Notes under the pieces: generated by a model | The model's database searches: none | What the model saw: the letters and a program-made list of their open reading frames with translations, nothing else | What the model was told of the DNA's origin: nothing | DNA from: the human T2T-CHM13v2.0 reference genome, Homo sapiens | Strand: one strand, 5' to 3' | NCBI RefSeq assembly: GCF_009914755.1 | Contig: NC_060945.1 | Length of the DNA: 64,000 bases | Part shown: piece after piece, positions 13,750-28,861 of the stretch | Layout of the letters: every line of letters begins with the position of its first letter | Position numbering within the stretch: the first letter of the stretch is position 1 | Made by a program: the position numbers and the translations under genes

Positions 13750-14017
13750 CCCTCGTGGCTCAAGGGCTCTGTCCTTGGACACGGATGAGGGCAGCTGGGC
13801 GGTGGGACCGAGGCTCTGCCTGAATGCTCAGCTTCTGCAAGCTGGGGTGGAGAGTGTGTTCCTGCCTACCGGCTCAGCCAGCACAGGAGCACGTAGCCTG
13901 CAGGTGTGGGTTGTACACAGGCTACCCCCTGCTGAGTCAGTTCCCCAGATCTCTTCATCACTTCCCCAGATCTCTGGGATCTTCAGCTGAGATTGGGCCC
14001 CAGCACCTGGACTCAAG
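13750..14017 (+). other. KCNJ15: Candidate alternative first/5'UTR exon of KCNJ15 (5' boundary uncertain)
   Basis: GC/CpG-richer unique segment ending in a strong donor AAG|gtaagg at 14017/14018; KCNJ15 is known to use several 5' non-coding exons. Confidence 0.45.
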
Positions 14018-15269
14018 GTAAGGCCCCTTAGGATGCTTGTAGCTGATCAATCAGGGTAGTGCAAAGGAAGAGGGGAAAAAGCCACCCAGACCTTAAAGGA
14101 GATTTCTGGAAGATCCAATCAAAGTGATTCACCTTAACCTCAGGCATGACCTTTCCCCATTATCTGCTGTTTTTAATTTCAAGTAGTGTAAATCTTACTG
14201 ATCTGAAGAAGACTTCTGCTTCTGAAACTACCAGCGCTTAACAATGATTGAGCCCTACTCTATGAGATTGCAAATAAAAATATATTAACCTTGGCAGGAA
14301 ATCAACTGATTAATACTTATACCCTACACTCTAAAGCCTGGAACCTCAATTTATCTGCATAAACAGAGGCTTTGGGTATAAAACTAAAATGTAGTTGGTT
14401 ATGCCAAAGACTGCTTTCAATAGTAATGCACCAAACATGCTTTTGAAAATAGCAATAAACTATTCATTTAGGTTAGATATACAAATAAGTAACTTTCAGA
14501 GTTAGCACTAAGTTTTAAGCCTCAAAGACTTTGATTTCAGTGACAAGATGTGTAAATGCAGCGGTTAGAAAAAGTACACATACTGAGGTTTCTTTCAAGA
14601 TTATATATAGTATTATTCAAAAGTCTTATTGTATATGAAAAGTGACAAGATTTTTGCAATGTGAAACAACAGTAGCTAGCTAATACTCTAGTTACCTTTA
14701 CAGATTGTCTAGTTGGTCACATTATACCTTAATTTTTCAGGATCTAACCAAGGCCTGGTTAACTCTTACTGGCAATGTTTGAAAGGGATGAAAGAGGTCC
14801 TATGCATATTACTCTAAATTAATCTTAGTGCAGGAAGACAAGTCATATTTGAATAACTTTATTTTGTATCCCTAGCTACTGTCATCCTAGTATTTGAAAA
14901 GCTCCTTTTCTCCCAATGTTCAGAAAGTCATTTTCCAAACTTGCAAATATTAAAACCTATTCATGTCTAATACTTTTCTACTTGGTCTATTTCCATGTCC
15001 TGTCAATGACCTATCAATTACCCTATTCAATTACCCATGTCACTTGAGATTTCTCCCACCAGAATTTAGGTTGCATATTTTCACAGGGCAATTTATTTTA
15101 AAATCAGAATGGTCCATAAAACTAATAGCTTTGTGTGCACAGACCTAAAAGATTTGTAGTAGCTCTGCAGCTGCATTTTTGAACATCAATAGTTAAACGA
15201 TCAACATAAATGTTAAAGAAGTAAATTAACTTTCAGAATTTCACGTGTGCTCTAGCATTCACCATTGAC

Positions 15270-15340
15270 CATGCTGGAAGAAGACTTTGAGGTCATTTCA
15301 TCCAACCCTCTCATTTTACAGATGAGGAAAACAGGACTAA
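15270..15340 (-). mobile_element. MIR/MIR3 fragment
   Basis: tccaaccctctcattttacagatgaggaaaac. Confidence 0.55.
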
Positions 15341-15929
15341 TTGATAGCTAGCAATACTAAATTATAGCTCTTCTAAAACTAGACAGCAGCGTCAGTAGGC
15401 TTCTTCATGTGCTCAATTACTGTATGGATTCCACGAGTTGATGAGCGTGCTGTGACCTTGAGCATTTACATTCTGTGGTTTTCAAATGTTTATGTTTCTA
15501 ATGTGGTATTTGTAAACCTGGGCCCCAGTAACCTTTACCACTGAGGCTTTGCCAATCCCAACTCTGGGCAGCCCACCTCTTCCATATGCAGCAGTGCTTG
15601 CAGGCTGTTCCGCCTGGGCAAAGTCATGTTAGGTGTAAGCAAAGACGTGAACTAGTGTTCATGCTTGAAAACCTCACAGAGACCTGCCTGCTGGCTGAAT
15701 CCTTTCTTCATCTCTTGTTGCCTCTCCTACATGTGACTCAAAAGCTAGCCAAGTTTGTTCCACATCCTTCAGCTTGTTCCTCTTACACCAAAGTGCCATA
15801 CCATCATCCCCTTTAGTAAGATCACACTTCTCCAATTTCTGTCCTCCTCTACTCCTCAATAAACAGGAAGATGCTGTCTGTGGAAATGCACGTGGAGCTC
15901 TTGCACACGTTTTCTATAACTTGTCTTCA

Positions 15930-17200
<1,271 letters not shown>

Positions 17201-17965
17201 AATTGATAAACCCTATGGCCCAATCAATTGGGAGTACTTGAAACATACTTTGCCACCCCATAGTTTTGCCTGGGCAATTCCCCTTGTCTGTAATCTTCTT
17301 TCTCCTATTTTTTTTTCCTACAGAAAACACATGATAACTTCTTTGATTTTTCCAGTTAGAAGGAATCAGTCCTCCTCCTGGAAATCCTTAATACCTTTTA
17401 ATATATCATATTCATTCATGTGATCTAGGCAGACCTTGTGTTAGATATGGACAAAATGGAGAGAAATAAGACAAGGTCCTTGTCTTTAAGCAGCTTACAG
17501 TCTTGCCAGCTCACTGGTTACACATGAACTAGTGAGTATCAACTTTTATGATAGAAGTGTCCATGGGATACTGTTAAGGCATGAAGGAGCCTATTCTGCT
17601 TGGCATGATAACAATTTATGTATATGTCATCTCTTATATCAAATGGTATACTTTCGAGGGCTAAGATCATGCATCTCTCACCTTTACGTATTTCAAAGAC
17701 CACAGTAGTATAAAATGTTTGCTGAATAAATGAGCAAATGAATGATGTTTTGGTAATTAGGAGTCACTGGGGAATAATGGCAGCTCTTAGGAAATGGTAC
17801 CATAGTTCCATTCTTGGGGTAGGGCTGGGCGTGTCCCCATGGAGTTCACAGAACTATGTCATAATTTCAGTACTAAATTATGTGTGTTTTACAGTTTCTC
17901 TCAATCACCCATTCTATGGTTTATTTAAAATGGTAATAGGAATAGCATGTTAGAAACTGGGTCCT

Positions 17966-18187
17966 GTACTCATTAACAAAAAGAAGGGAGCAACAGACAT
18001 TGGGGTCTACTTGAGGGTGGAGGGTGAGAGGAAGGAGAAGCAGAAAAGAGAACTATTGGGCACTGGGCTTAATACCTGGGTGTTGAAATAACCTTTACAA
18101 CTAACCCCCATGACACAAGTTTATCAATGTGACAAACCTTCATACCCTTTTTTTGGTACCCCGAACCTAAAATAAAAGTTTAAAAAA
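17966..18187 (+). mobile_element. Older L1P (L1PA15/L1PB-like) 3'UTR end
   Basis: aacagacattggggtctacttgagggtggaggg...cccgaacctaaaataaaagtttaaaaaa. Confidence 0.85.
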
Positions 18188-18485
18188 TTATATTTTAGAA
18201 TATATTCAAAAAGTAGGATATTATTTCTCAAAGAAAACATCTGAATTCATACTTTAAAAATATTTTTTAAAACTTGAAGTTTGATCAAGGCATTTACATC
18301 CTAGGAGACAAAAGCAATCATTTCAATATGCATTCTAGATTTATCAACTGCATACATATTTTAGGAAGATTTTAAGATATTTCAATATAATATCTAAAAA
18401 TGACCACTTAATTTTAGTAAAAAGAGACTCCCACCTTCTGGTAATTGACAATTACTATGGTCTGAGAGTGTTTAGATTAAAAAAT

Positions 18486-18508
18486 TGTGTGTGTGTGTGT
18501 GTGTGTGT
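18486..18508. repeat. (TG)n microsatellite
   Basis: Direct reading. Confidence 0.9.
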
Positions 18509-19744
18509 AAAATTATCACAGGAAAATCAATACATCAATAGTAGCACCAAAAAAGAAAAAAAAAAGGAAAGAAACTAGGTCCTATTTTTCATGACTAAGA
18601 AGTTGACAATGGTCTTTCCAAATTAAGACTTGGCATCTTTGATTTTTGTAAACATATCCTGGAGATCGAATGTGAACATTTGATGGCTGATGGGAAGAAT
18701 TGAGGAGGATTAGGGGAGCACTTGACTTTGCCATGATTCTCAAGTTAAATCCTTGGACCTCTTAAAGATGTTGTTGATGAAGCTGCTAAAATGGTCACCA
18801 GATGAATATAAACAAGTAGGACCCGCAGTAATTTCCAGGCTAATTTTGTGCACGTGCGTTTAGGGGCGAGTCAAATTAAATGAATGAGGAGCTGATGTTC
18901 ATGTGAAAGTAATTACTCTCCTCCAGTAGAAATCCTAATCCTACAAGTAACTGCAGAAATAATTAATCATAACTAAGAAGCAAACCACTCTCAGGGAGAA
19001 AAGCTGTATCTGAACTTCCACGTGCTCTTGGAGGATACGGGTGATTCACGGCATAAGAGTCATCTACCAAGTCATCTGCAAGAGCGGGTGCAGCTTCCAA
19101 GAGGGTCTGAGTCAGAACAGATAAAAGGAAGTGCTTCTTAACTCAGAAGATTTCAACACTGGGGAAGCTCATTTCCCACAGAGATAGAAAAATGTGCACT
19201 ATAAATCACTCTCAAAAAGCAATTTAGACAACTACGCAGGTAATGATAAATGCATGGAGAGCACTCACATGTTTTGGGTTGTGTTTTTGACCTTCATTCA
19301 TTCTTTATTAATCCACGGATTAAGTCATTGACTCATTTATAGTCATGAGTCATTAAAACTTTTCTGGAGCATCTACCACATGCCAGCAACTGTGCTACTT
19401 AGGGTACAAAGGTGGACATGGCCCAACCCCTGCCCTCAAAGAATTTCTAGGGAACACTGACTTTGCAGGCATGATTCCGTCTGCATCACGCATCAGTAAA
19501 CAGCTATGTGTACTGTAGGGTATTGAGACACAATGACGTTCCCTCTGCTCAGCTCATCACCACAACCAATGTGTAGGAGCTTGCTTTTTGAGACCCAGCG
19601 GTGCTTTTCTATAACTGGAAGATTCCAAGTTTCCTTTGCTTCCATTTATGCATTCAGCAGACATTAAGGCCCTGCTAGAACCTAGGCATTGGCATGTACA
19701 AGATGAGATATGGCAGCTTGCATTCCAGTGGAAGGTGGTGGGGT

Positions 19745-19950
19745 GTGATGGATGAAGAGCTGGCTTTTGAGTCAGACTACAATCTTAAACATTGTCGCCA
19801 CTACTAGCTAGTTGTGTGACCCTAGGCAAATGCTTTAACTTATCTAGCCTCCATTTACTTATTTTTACCAGCATTACTCTGAAGTGTGGAGTTATACATA
19901 CATGAGCTGCCGACACAGTACTAGTTACATATTCATTCTCAACTAGTGGC
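19745..19950 (+). mobile_element. MIR
   Basis: gagtcagac...ccactactagctagttgtgtgaccctaggcaaatgctttaacttatct. Confidence 0.6.
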
Positions 19951-19999
19951 AGTTGTTGGTTGGATCATTATTATAATTAAATATACACAAGCAAAACAG

Positions 20000-21130
20000 A
20001 TATCTCTAGTACACTGAGATAAATATTCTGGGAGACAGAAGCATAGGCAATCATGTAGAGAAAGCCCCAAACCCATGGGAACAGGTGGAGAAAGCACCTA
20101 CCTAGAAAGGGTAACACCCCAAAGGATAGACATGAGAACGCTGGCCAAGACAGGAGGTGGGCTTTCGGGCAGATGGCATGGCATCAAGTCAATCAATAGA
20201 GGACTAATCCATCTGGGCAACTGCAAGTCATTCTGCATGACCTGACCAGGTAACAACCTAAGGAGTGGCTGGCACTAAGGCAGGTGGGGCCAGTTTCTGA
20301 AGGGTCAGTTTCAGGAGCTGAGGCTTTGGTTTGTAGACAATGGGGCCACTAAGCTGGGTGGCAGAGTGCTTTAGGGACACCACTGAGGAGGGACTATGAA
20401 GGATGCTATAGAGAGAGGACAACTTGAGATGGGGACCTCAATTATGAGCCTGTGCTGTCATGCAAGAAATAAAGTATGTGGATCTAAACCAAGGCAGTGT
20501 CACCCAAGAAAGAAAATGTGTGGATCTAAACCAACGCAGTGACAGTGGGAAGGGAGAAAATGGACAGCTTCAAGGGATGTTGGGGTAGACTCGGGGTGCT
20601 GAGTATTTTTCAGTGCCTGAGGGTCTATGGGAGGAAGGGAGTTGCCCTGGGTAATGGATAATGAAGCTAGGCTGGGTCTAATTTGGGGTGTTTGTGGGCA
20701 ATCAAAGGGAGGAACCACACACAGTTGACTGTTGTTCTGGCAGTCTTGCAAGAGCAATCTGGAACACAAAAAGTCTAGGCTTCATGAACTACAAAGGTAA
20801 CATCTGAAACCATGGGAGTAGATGCAGGAGTGTGTCTTTAGTGAAAATAAAATAGTTGGAGCATGGAGCCTTGGAGAAAATGCCACTTCAAGATTGGCAG
20901 AAGAGGAAGAACCTACAGATGGAACTGAGAAGGCATCAGAAAAGTAGAGGTCAAGTTGAGAGAAGAGAGTAGCAGCAGACTGAAATGCTATGGAAATATC
21001 AAGGAAGATAAGGAATGAAATGTATTTGCCAGCTGAGTTGTAAGTAACTCTGACCAAGTGGAGTGGTGAGCTGAGAGGTTACTCCCTTGGTTGAAGAGTG
21101 ATCACCCAGCCCTCAAGGAAGTGGAAGCAA
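20000..21130 (-). mobile_element. Degenerate L2
   Basis: L2-like motifs (caatggggccactaag, aaaccatgggagtagatg, ggaactgagaagg); boundaries approximate. Confidence 0.5.
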
Positions 21131-22469
21131 AGTATCGCTTCTGTCCTTTTTAAAGCTCTTCTCCATATCATTGACTCTGCTCCCCAAAGCTTGGCTTTTA
21201 GTGAAAGCCATTCTATTTAGACAAACTCATTGTCTCTCCTCTCAACCCCAAGACAAGCATTTTGATCTCTTTAACTCCATGGGTTTTATTACCAATGAAT
21301 GAAATAGGACATGGCACACAGAGCAGACAGAAGGCCATTGCCAAGGTCTTTCAACTGGGGTCCCACTCTCAATTTTACTTCCTGAAAGTTCAATGTCTTG
21401 GCTGAAAACAGGGCTGAAGATAGATCCAAGGAAGACCACTGGGAATTGGCCAACTAGGTTTAAACTGGGGAACAACTCCCCTCAAGTGGCAATTTTAAGG
21501 GTCTTCATCCTGCCTCATTGGCTTTAATCCCTCTTGAACATGTCAAAGTGGTTGTAAGACTGAGTCCTGGTGGGCCACATTGTGTTTCTGTGGACTGCGG
21601 ACTAGTTTCAGAGGAAGCACCTGTCTAACTTAACCAGGGATCACTTAGGATGAACACCAGTTACACAGTATAGAAGACATAAATATTTGAAATTTTATTT
21701 GCAGCCACTGTTGCACAGTGCAAGCTGTCTCAGAAATTAAGGCATATATATAGTTCAAATGGGACCAAAGTAGTCTTTTGGAAGTCATAACAGGGCACAC
21801 ATACATGAATTGTTGAGCAGACCTTGTAAATTAAGAGATTCATTGTATTCAGGCAATAGTGTGTGGGTGTGTGTTCGCTTTCTTTGGGAAAACAGCATTT
21901 GTAAGCCACTCACTCCCAACATCAGGGGCACATCAGGGTGAGGGTATATAGAGGTAGCTGTTATTAGTGAGAATATAAGCGACGCCTGACTTAGCACTCT
22001 GTTACTGTTAGCACTACCGAATCTTTGATGACTAGGTGTGGTCAAAATCTTGGTTTCCAGCTATGTTTCCCATAAATGAAGTTTCCAGATATAAGCCAAA
22101 TGCTTAAACAAAATTGCTGACTACAGGATCATTTTGTAATACTGTATGGGTGATTTATAAGCTGTGTTTTTTTAAAGAATGAAGTCATCTAGTGGCTTTG
22201 AACTTTCTCCCCATAGGTGAAGTTATAAGTCCAGCAAGCTCCTCAGTGGCTCCTTTCTCAACAGTCATGTGAGAGAAGCCAGCCTCAATTAAGCCCCACG
22301 GCATTCACTGATGGAATAAATTACCTTCTATTGTATATGTCTAGAGTGATGCTTGCTATAACCATCCATGGGAGAAATGAGAACACAGTCAATCAAACCA
22401 TTTTCTGGGTTCAGTACTGTGTTGTCCAGATGAGGAACAGTGGCTGCAAAAGGCCGTTTGCTATGCAGA

Positions 22470-22612
22470 GTGTGAGCTTTCACCTCCAGCCTCAGCCTCG
22501 CCTGGGAGCTGGTTAGAAATGCAAATTCTCAGACCTACTGCAGACCTTTTGAATAATAATTTGCATTTAAATGAGCCCTCAGGGAATTCATATGCAAGTT
22601 TAATCAGTATTG
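22470..22612. mobile_element. MER5A/B MITE
   Basis: cctgggagctggttagaaatgcaaattctcag...tttgcatttaaatgagccctcagggaattcatatgca. Confidence 0.7.
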
Positions 22613-22724
22613 GTGTAAAGCAATGGATTCAAAAATTATAGCCTCTCGCAGCACACACAAGGATACTTAGGGACATACATGCACAATATATACATTTTTC
22701 GTCTTGCTCTAACAAATTACATAT

Positions 22725-23605
22725 ATTTTATTTATTTTTTTCAACTTTTATTATAGGTATGGGGTACATGTGCAGGTTTATTAAACAAGAATATTGCATG
22801 ATGCCGAGGTTTGGTGTATAAATCCTGTCGTGCAGGTAGTGAGCACAGTACCTGACAGGTAGTTTTTAAAACCACCCCACAGCCCTCTAGTAGTCTGCAG
22901 TGTCTATTGTTCCCATATTTATCTCCATGTGTGCTCAGTGTTTAGCTCCTTCTATTATAAGTGAGAACATATGGTATTTGGTTTTCTGTTCCTGCATTAA
23001 TTTGCTTAGGATAATGGTCTCCAGCTCCATCCATGTTGCTGCAAAGAACATGATTTAATTCTTTTTTATGGCTGCATAGTATTCTGCGGTATATTTGTAC
23101 AAAATTTTCTTTATCCATTCTACATTTATGGGCACCTGGCTTGATGCCATGTATTTGCTCTAGTGAATAGTGCAGAGGTGAACATACAAATGCATGTGTC
23201 TTTTGGTAGAATGATATAGTTTCCTTTGGGAATACACCCAGTAATGGGATTGCTGGGTCAAATGACAGCTCTGTTTTAAGTTCTTTTAGAAATCTCCAGA
23301 CTGCTTTCCACAGTGGCTGGACTAATTTACATTTCCATCAATAGTGTAGAAACTTTCCCTTTCTTTGCAGCCTTGGCCAGCAACTATTTTTTGACTTTTT
23401 AGTAATAGCCATTCTGACTGGTGTGAGATGATAACTCTTCGTGGTTTTGATATGCATTTTTCTAGTGATTAGTGATGCTGAGCATTTTTTCAAGTTTGTT
23501 GACTGTTTGTATATCTTCTTTTGAGAAGTGTCGGTTCATTTCCTTTGCCCATTTTTTTTAAATGGAGCAATATGTTTTTTGCTTGTTGATTTATTCAAGT
23601 TCACC
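22725..23605 (-). mobile_element. L1PA15/16- or L1PB-like 3' fragment
   Basis: T-rich tail, gggtacatgtgcagg, cccagtaatgggattgctgggtcaaatg, agccattctgactggtgtgagatg. Confidence 0.9.
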
Positions 23606-24799
23606 ATGGATTCATTTTAAAATATGTATAAGATATAAACACTTAAAAGGATAAAGTGGAAGCTACAATTGAATACTTCTATCATTTTGTCACTGTCTCT
23701 GCTTGGGTTACTGGTGTACCCCACATTGGAGACATCTGGTGTAAAGAAGCAAACAGAGCCGAAAGGAATCTTAGAACTCTTTGTCTATGATGGTCAGTGT
23801 ACTGGGGAACATGAAATACACAGAGGAAGTAATTTGTTGGATGAAATTGAATATACTTATGTTTGCCCATAGTTTTTATCGGTTTTGTCATTTTGAGAGA
23901 TGTATAACTAATTTTCTCTTCAAGATAGAACATTGTGGCATATTCTTTGTGCTACGAATCAGAATAGGAAGACGAAATCTTTATTTCTAATTGAATTGTT
24001 CAAATCAGTGAAGTATTCTTCACCCGAACAATGTGCCTAGCTGTGGACTGGATTCCTCTCTGGGATTCCTCTCTGACCTAGAACGTTGGGCATCATAACC
24101 TTAGGCAAGTGACATTCTTACTAAATCGGACGCTGAGTCCCCTTGAATGGCATCTCTGCCCACCGTGTGCCTCCCTTAAACATTAAGTTCCTACCACATG
24201 CCAGGCCTTGTGTTTGCCACTCAGGATGAACTACTGTGCCCAGTCTATGGGGAAAGCTAAACTCCAAGACTGATCATTACAGCAGCACAGTAAGTATTAT
24301 CATGAGGTGTGGACAATGAGAAGGCAGAAGAGAGGAACAAGGTGAACGCTACCTGCATGCTGGAGGAGATGACATTTGAGCGGGGCCTCGAGGGATGCGT
24401 AGGAGTTTACCAGGCATAGAGCAAAGAAGAAATATGGAATAAAGGGGTCAGCCTAAGCAAAGGTATAGGGCAGGATATCTGCTTTATCAGCAGTATCTCT
24501 GGGTGAAGTGCAAACTCTTCTAATTCAGTCAATGAAATGAAGCCTTAAGATGACTGAAAACTAGGTTCTTGGATTTGTGCAATAGATATTTGGAAATATC
24601 TCTGAGAGTAAATGATTTCATAATGTTTGGCCACAACACTGTGTGGAAAGTTTCTTTGTGTAATATAATACAGAAAGTACTTCTCATTTACAGTAAAATC
24701 TGGAATACTTGGAAATGGTCTGTGCTAGGGAAACTGAATTTTCAGATTAACTGCATAAAAATGGAAAATCTGGTTGAAAAACCTTCCTAATTTTGTTTT

Positions 24800-25300
24800 C
24801 CTTTAGAGAGATAACTGCTGTTAATATTTTAGAGGTGTTTTATTTTGATCTTACCTAGAGAGAGAAACAGAGAGATTACCCTGCATATTTAGCTGTATCA
24901 ATTGCCTTTTAAAAAACATATTTAGCATTTTGTCATGATTTTTAAACACTGCATAATATTTCAGCCTATGAGTGTTTTATAAATTTAAAACCATTCCTAT
25001 ATTGTTGGTGACTCAGATTGCTTCTAATGTTTTAATATCATAATAAATATAGAGAACACTCTTGTACATTATCCTATCATACATTTCCTATTAAGTCTTA
25101 GAAGTAGACTTACTGACTCAAGCAGTCTAACATAAATAGTTTAAAACTTTGAGTATACATTGTCAAATTACTGCCTCCCTCAAAAAAGTTATGCTAGATT
25201 ACTCTATCGGACACCATGCAGGAAGCTCTTCATTTCTGCAAACTCGTCAATGTAGAATGTTCACATGTCTTTTAAAATTTTCGGTAATTTGATAAGTGAG
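24800..25300 (-). mobile_element. Old L1M fragment
   Basis: ccattcctatattgttggtg...tacattgtcaaattactgcc degenerate L1ME-like motifs. Confidence 0.45.
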
Positions 25301-25309
25301 TTCCTGGTG

Positions 25310-26530
25310 CCTTTGTGTTTCTTGGACTGATGGTCCCTCCTCAGTCTCCTTTGCCTGTATCTCTGACTCTGCCTGGTCTTAAGGCTACTCAGGCTCAGTC
25401 TGGGTTGCTGCTTCCACACTACTGTCTAAGGGGGAAGCTCCTGCACTTTCATGGCTCAAATTCCACTCGTTGGCTTATGTGCTAAAGGCATCCCTCCTGT
25501 CCAGGTGTCTCTGTTGAAGGCCAGGCCCATCTGCACAGACCCTAGTGCTTACTTCTCTTTAGGTGTCTCCAGGCAGCCTCCAGTGCACACCTTCAAACCT
25601 GCACCCCAGAGGTGAGATCCTCCTTCTGCATCGGGATTCTGCACAAGCGTGAGCTCCATGCTGGTATAACACCCAAACATTCAATCTGGGTGTCCCATAA
25701 CATGTGCATAATGTTAAAATTACAGAGGAAGATCCAGTGTCCTCTGAATCAGTAAGATAGCCTCCGCCCACCCCAACACACCTCATTTCCATGCCAGGAA
25801 GCCTGGAGTCATCGGTGAGACCTCCTCTTCTCTCTGCCTTGTCTTCTTAACATCCACCTGTTGGAGACGCCTGTTGACTCTGTCTGGGACCTGTCACCCA
25901 GAGCTCCTGGCTAGTAGCTCTCAAGCTACAAACACCGCCCTTGTCCATGCATCAGTAATTTCAACTCAGATTACTGAAAGTGCCGATTAAACAGACTCTC
26001 AGCATCTATGTTTGACTCTTTCCAATACACTCCCTATGCTGCGTTTAACATGATCACTTTCAAAAGCAAGTTTGATCCTTTCTCTTCCTTGAATAAAACC
26101 CCAAGATACTCCTTGTGCTCCAAGGATGGGGGTGACGGTCCTCAAGGAGCCCACAAAGCCACATGCAGGGGCATGGCATGGCTCTGCCCTTGCTCCTACC
26201 TGACACTGCTTCCCTCTCGCCTACTCAATATCCTCCTCGTTTCCTGGAAGGTGCCAAGCTCCATGCTCCAACTCCAGACTAGGACATGTTATATACCCCA
26301 TGTGCTAGTCTCTCATCTATCCTTGACTTTCTCCCCAGTTCTTCCCACAAATGTCTTTAAATCACTCATCTAATGATGTATTTAATGCCTCTTTTCCCTG
26401 TTTTCTTGCAAACTACCCAAGAGCAAAAACCAAGTCACTCTTAATGCTTCATCAGCAGCATCCTGTGCCATGCTTAGCACATAGTTGGTGCTCAATAAAT
26501 TCTTGCCACACAAACCAATAAATAAATGTT
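25310..26530 (+). mobile_element. L2
   Basis: Ends in the typical L2 3' terminus atgcttagcacatagttggtgctcaataaat. Confidence 0.65.
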
Positions 26531-26721
26531 AAAGTGTTGAAATGTCTTTTCGCCTTTTCAACATTTTTTGAATTGCGTTTCTACACACGTTGCCCACTTA
26601 GGAGAATGAAGGCTCTTGTTGATTTGTGAAAACTTTATATGAACCCTCTGCTGTTCATCCGTGGTAAATGTGATTCCTTTTGATAAGTCGTATTTTATGT
26701 TTTATTTGTCGTATGCATATG

Positions 26722-26973
26722 ACAATAACAGTTAACACTTGTGTAATGATTAATACTAATCATTATACTAATCATATGAGCAGGCAGAGTTTTATGGTGC
26801 TTTATATGTTTTTATTTCACGTGACCCTATGAGGCATAGAAATGATCATCATCGCCATTCTGCATATGAGGAAACCGAGTCTCAAAGGGGTTAAGAAAGT
26901 TGTCCAAAGTCACACAGCTGGTGTTAACAGAAGCAGGGTCCTGTGCTCTTAATCTTTACGCTATACTGCCTCT
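26722..26973 (-). mobile_element. MIR
   Basis: ccattctgcatatgaggaaaccgagtctcaaaggggttaagaaagttgtccaaagtcacacagctgg. Confidence 0.8.
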
Positions 26974-27408
26974 GAAGAATTGTTTAATTTTTTTTAAGTA
27001 CAGAAGAGATAATGTTCAACCTGACTTTTGAAGGACAGGTGGGAGTTAACCAAGAAAGGGAGAAAATGAAGAACCTTCAGGAAGGAATTCATGTGCCAGA
27101 TGTGGGCTGAGAGGGCACCCAGCTGCTCAGGAAGGGGCAAGTATATACCCAGGCTCTGTTCTGAGGTGAATAAAGCCAGAGAGGGAGCGAGAGCCAGGGC
27201 TTAAGGGTCTTTTTGGTTTTCCAAGTTGTTCAGGATTTGTCTTGTCAGCAGTGGGAGATACCGGAGGATTTATGAAAGGGAGTATTGTCTCAATTAGTAC
27301 TCTAGATGAGTAAGCTTTGTCTTTCCTGGTAAGAATTATCTTGAAACCATGGCAATATAAAGTTGCATGTGACTGAGTGGTATATTAACTGTAAAAATCC
27401 ACCTTCCT

Positions 27409-27755
<347 letters not shown>

Positions 27756-28861
27756 CTACAGTAAGGCTATGAAGACCAAGCATTATGTATGTATCTGAGC
27801 TGTTTTCTGTTATTTCCCCCTCTGTTTTTATGTCAGAAGAAACTGTACCATTACTTCTAGAGTAGAAGATGTTGGAATGTCTCCTCATTGGCCTTACTGT
27901 TCCAATCACGTGAGCACCAATGTAATGTTCATTACTAACATTAGTGCCTGCAAGAATATCCTACTGGAAAGGGAATTAGCTGTGATTTTGTTAAGTGTCC
28001 AGCCAATTTTCATAAAAGACACAGTATCTGAGATGGCTGTTAAACATGTCAAGAGATTGTGTACGAGGGGAATAAATCAAGGAAGACTCTATAGGTTGGT
28101 CTGATTCTGTGATATTACCAGAATTACTGGTAATATCTACAGCATTTAGAAACTTCATCCACAGTCAGATTTAATCCCAGGGCTATGAAGCCTGGAGAAT
28201 ATATGGGTAGAACTCAGGAGAATCCACGATCTCACATGAGGAGAAAAGAACAGCAGTTTATTTTAGATGGCCTCTAACTAAAATTTGTATTGAGTGTGTG
28301 CAGCAAACCACAGATGTACTAGCTGCAACTGTGACTTTGTCATAGTGGAAATCACAGACATTTCAATATCACATTCCAGTCATTTCAGAGACCTTGAAAT
28401 AACATTGCTGCTCACCACACCTTCAAAACATTAGCTCTGATTTAATGCTTGGAAAAGTATAATTTTGTTTTTTCAGTACTGTAATAGGTGCATTTTAATA
28501 TCATTGGTGTCTTCTGTAATCTTTGTGACTTTACTTTTATCTGTTTAAACACTTTATTCTGAGAAGGCAGGCATGTGTCTCCCTAGTCCACCAAAAAAGA
28601 CCATAACATAAAATGTTAAGAGCCCCTGAGCTAATATCTTAAAAATGAGACAAACTTCTTAGCTTTTCTGACACCTCTGGTAAGCCATGCATGAAAAGGC
28701 TGCACCCCCATCCCGCAGTGGTTAGATTTGTTTTCAGAGTTTTTAGTACTGGGAAAATCTGGATTGTTTTTTTTCTTCTAAGAAGGATGGCTTTACGTTA
28801 AACCCTGTCTTTAAGTTTCTTGGCCTTAGGAATGACTCTTGAGCATAAGTTTGCTTTTCCC

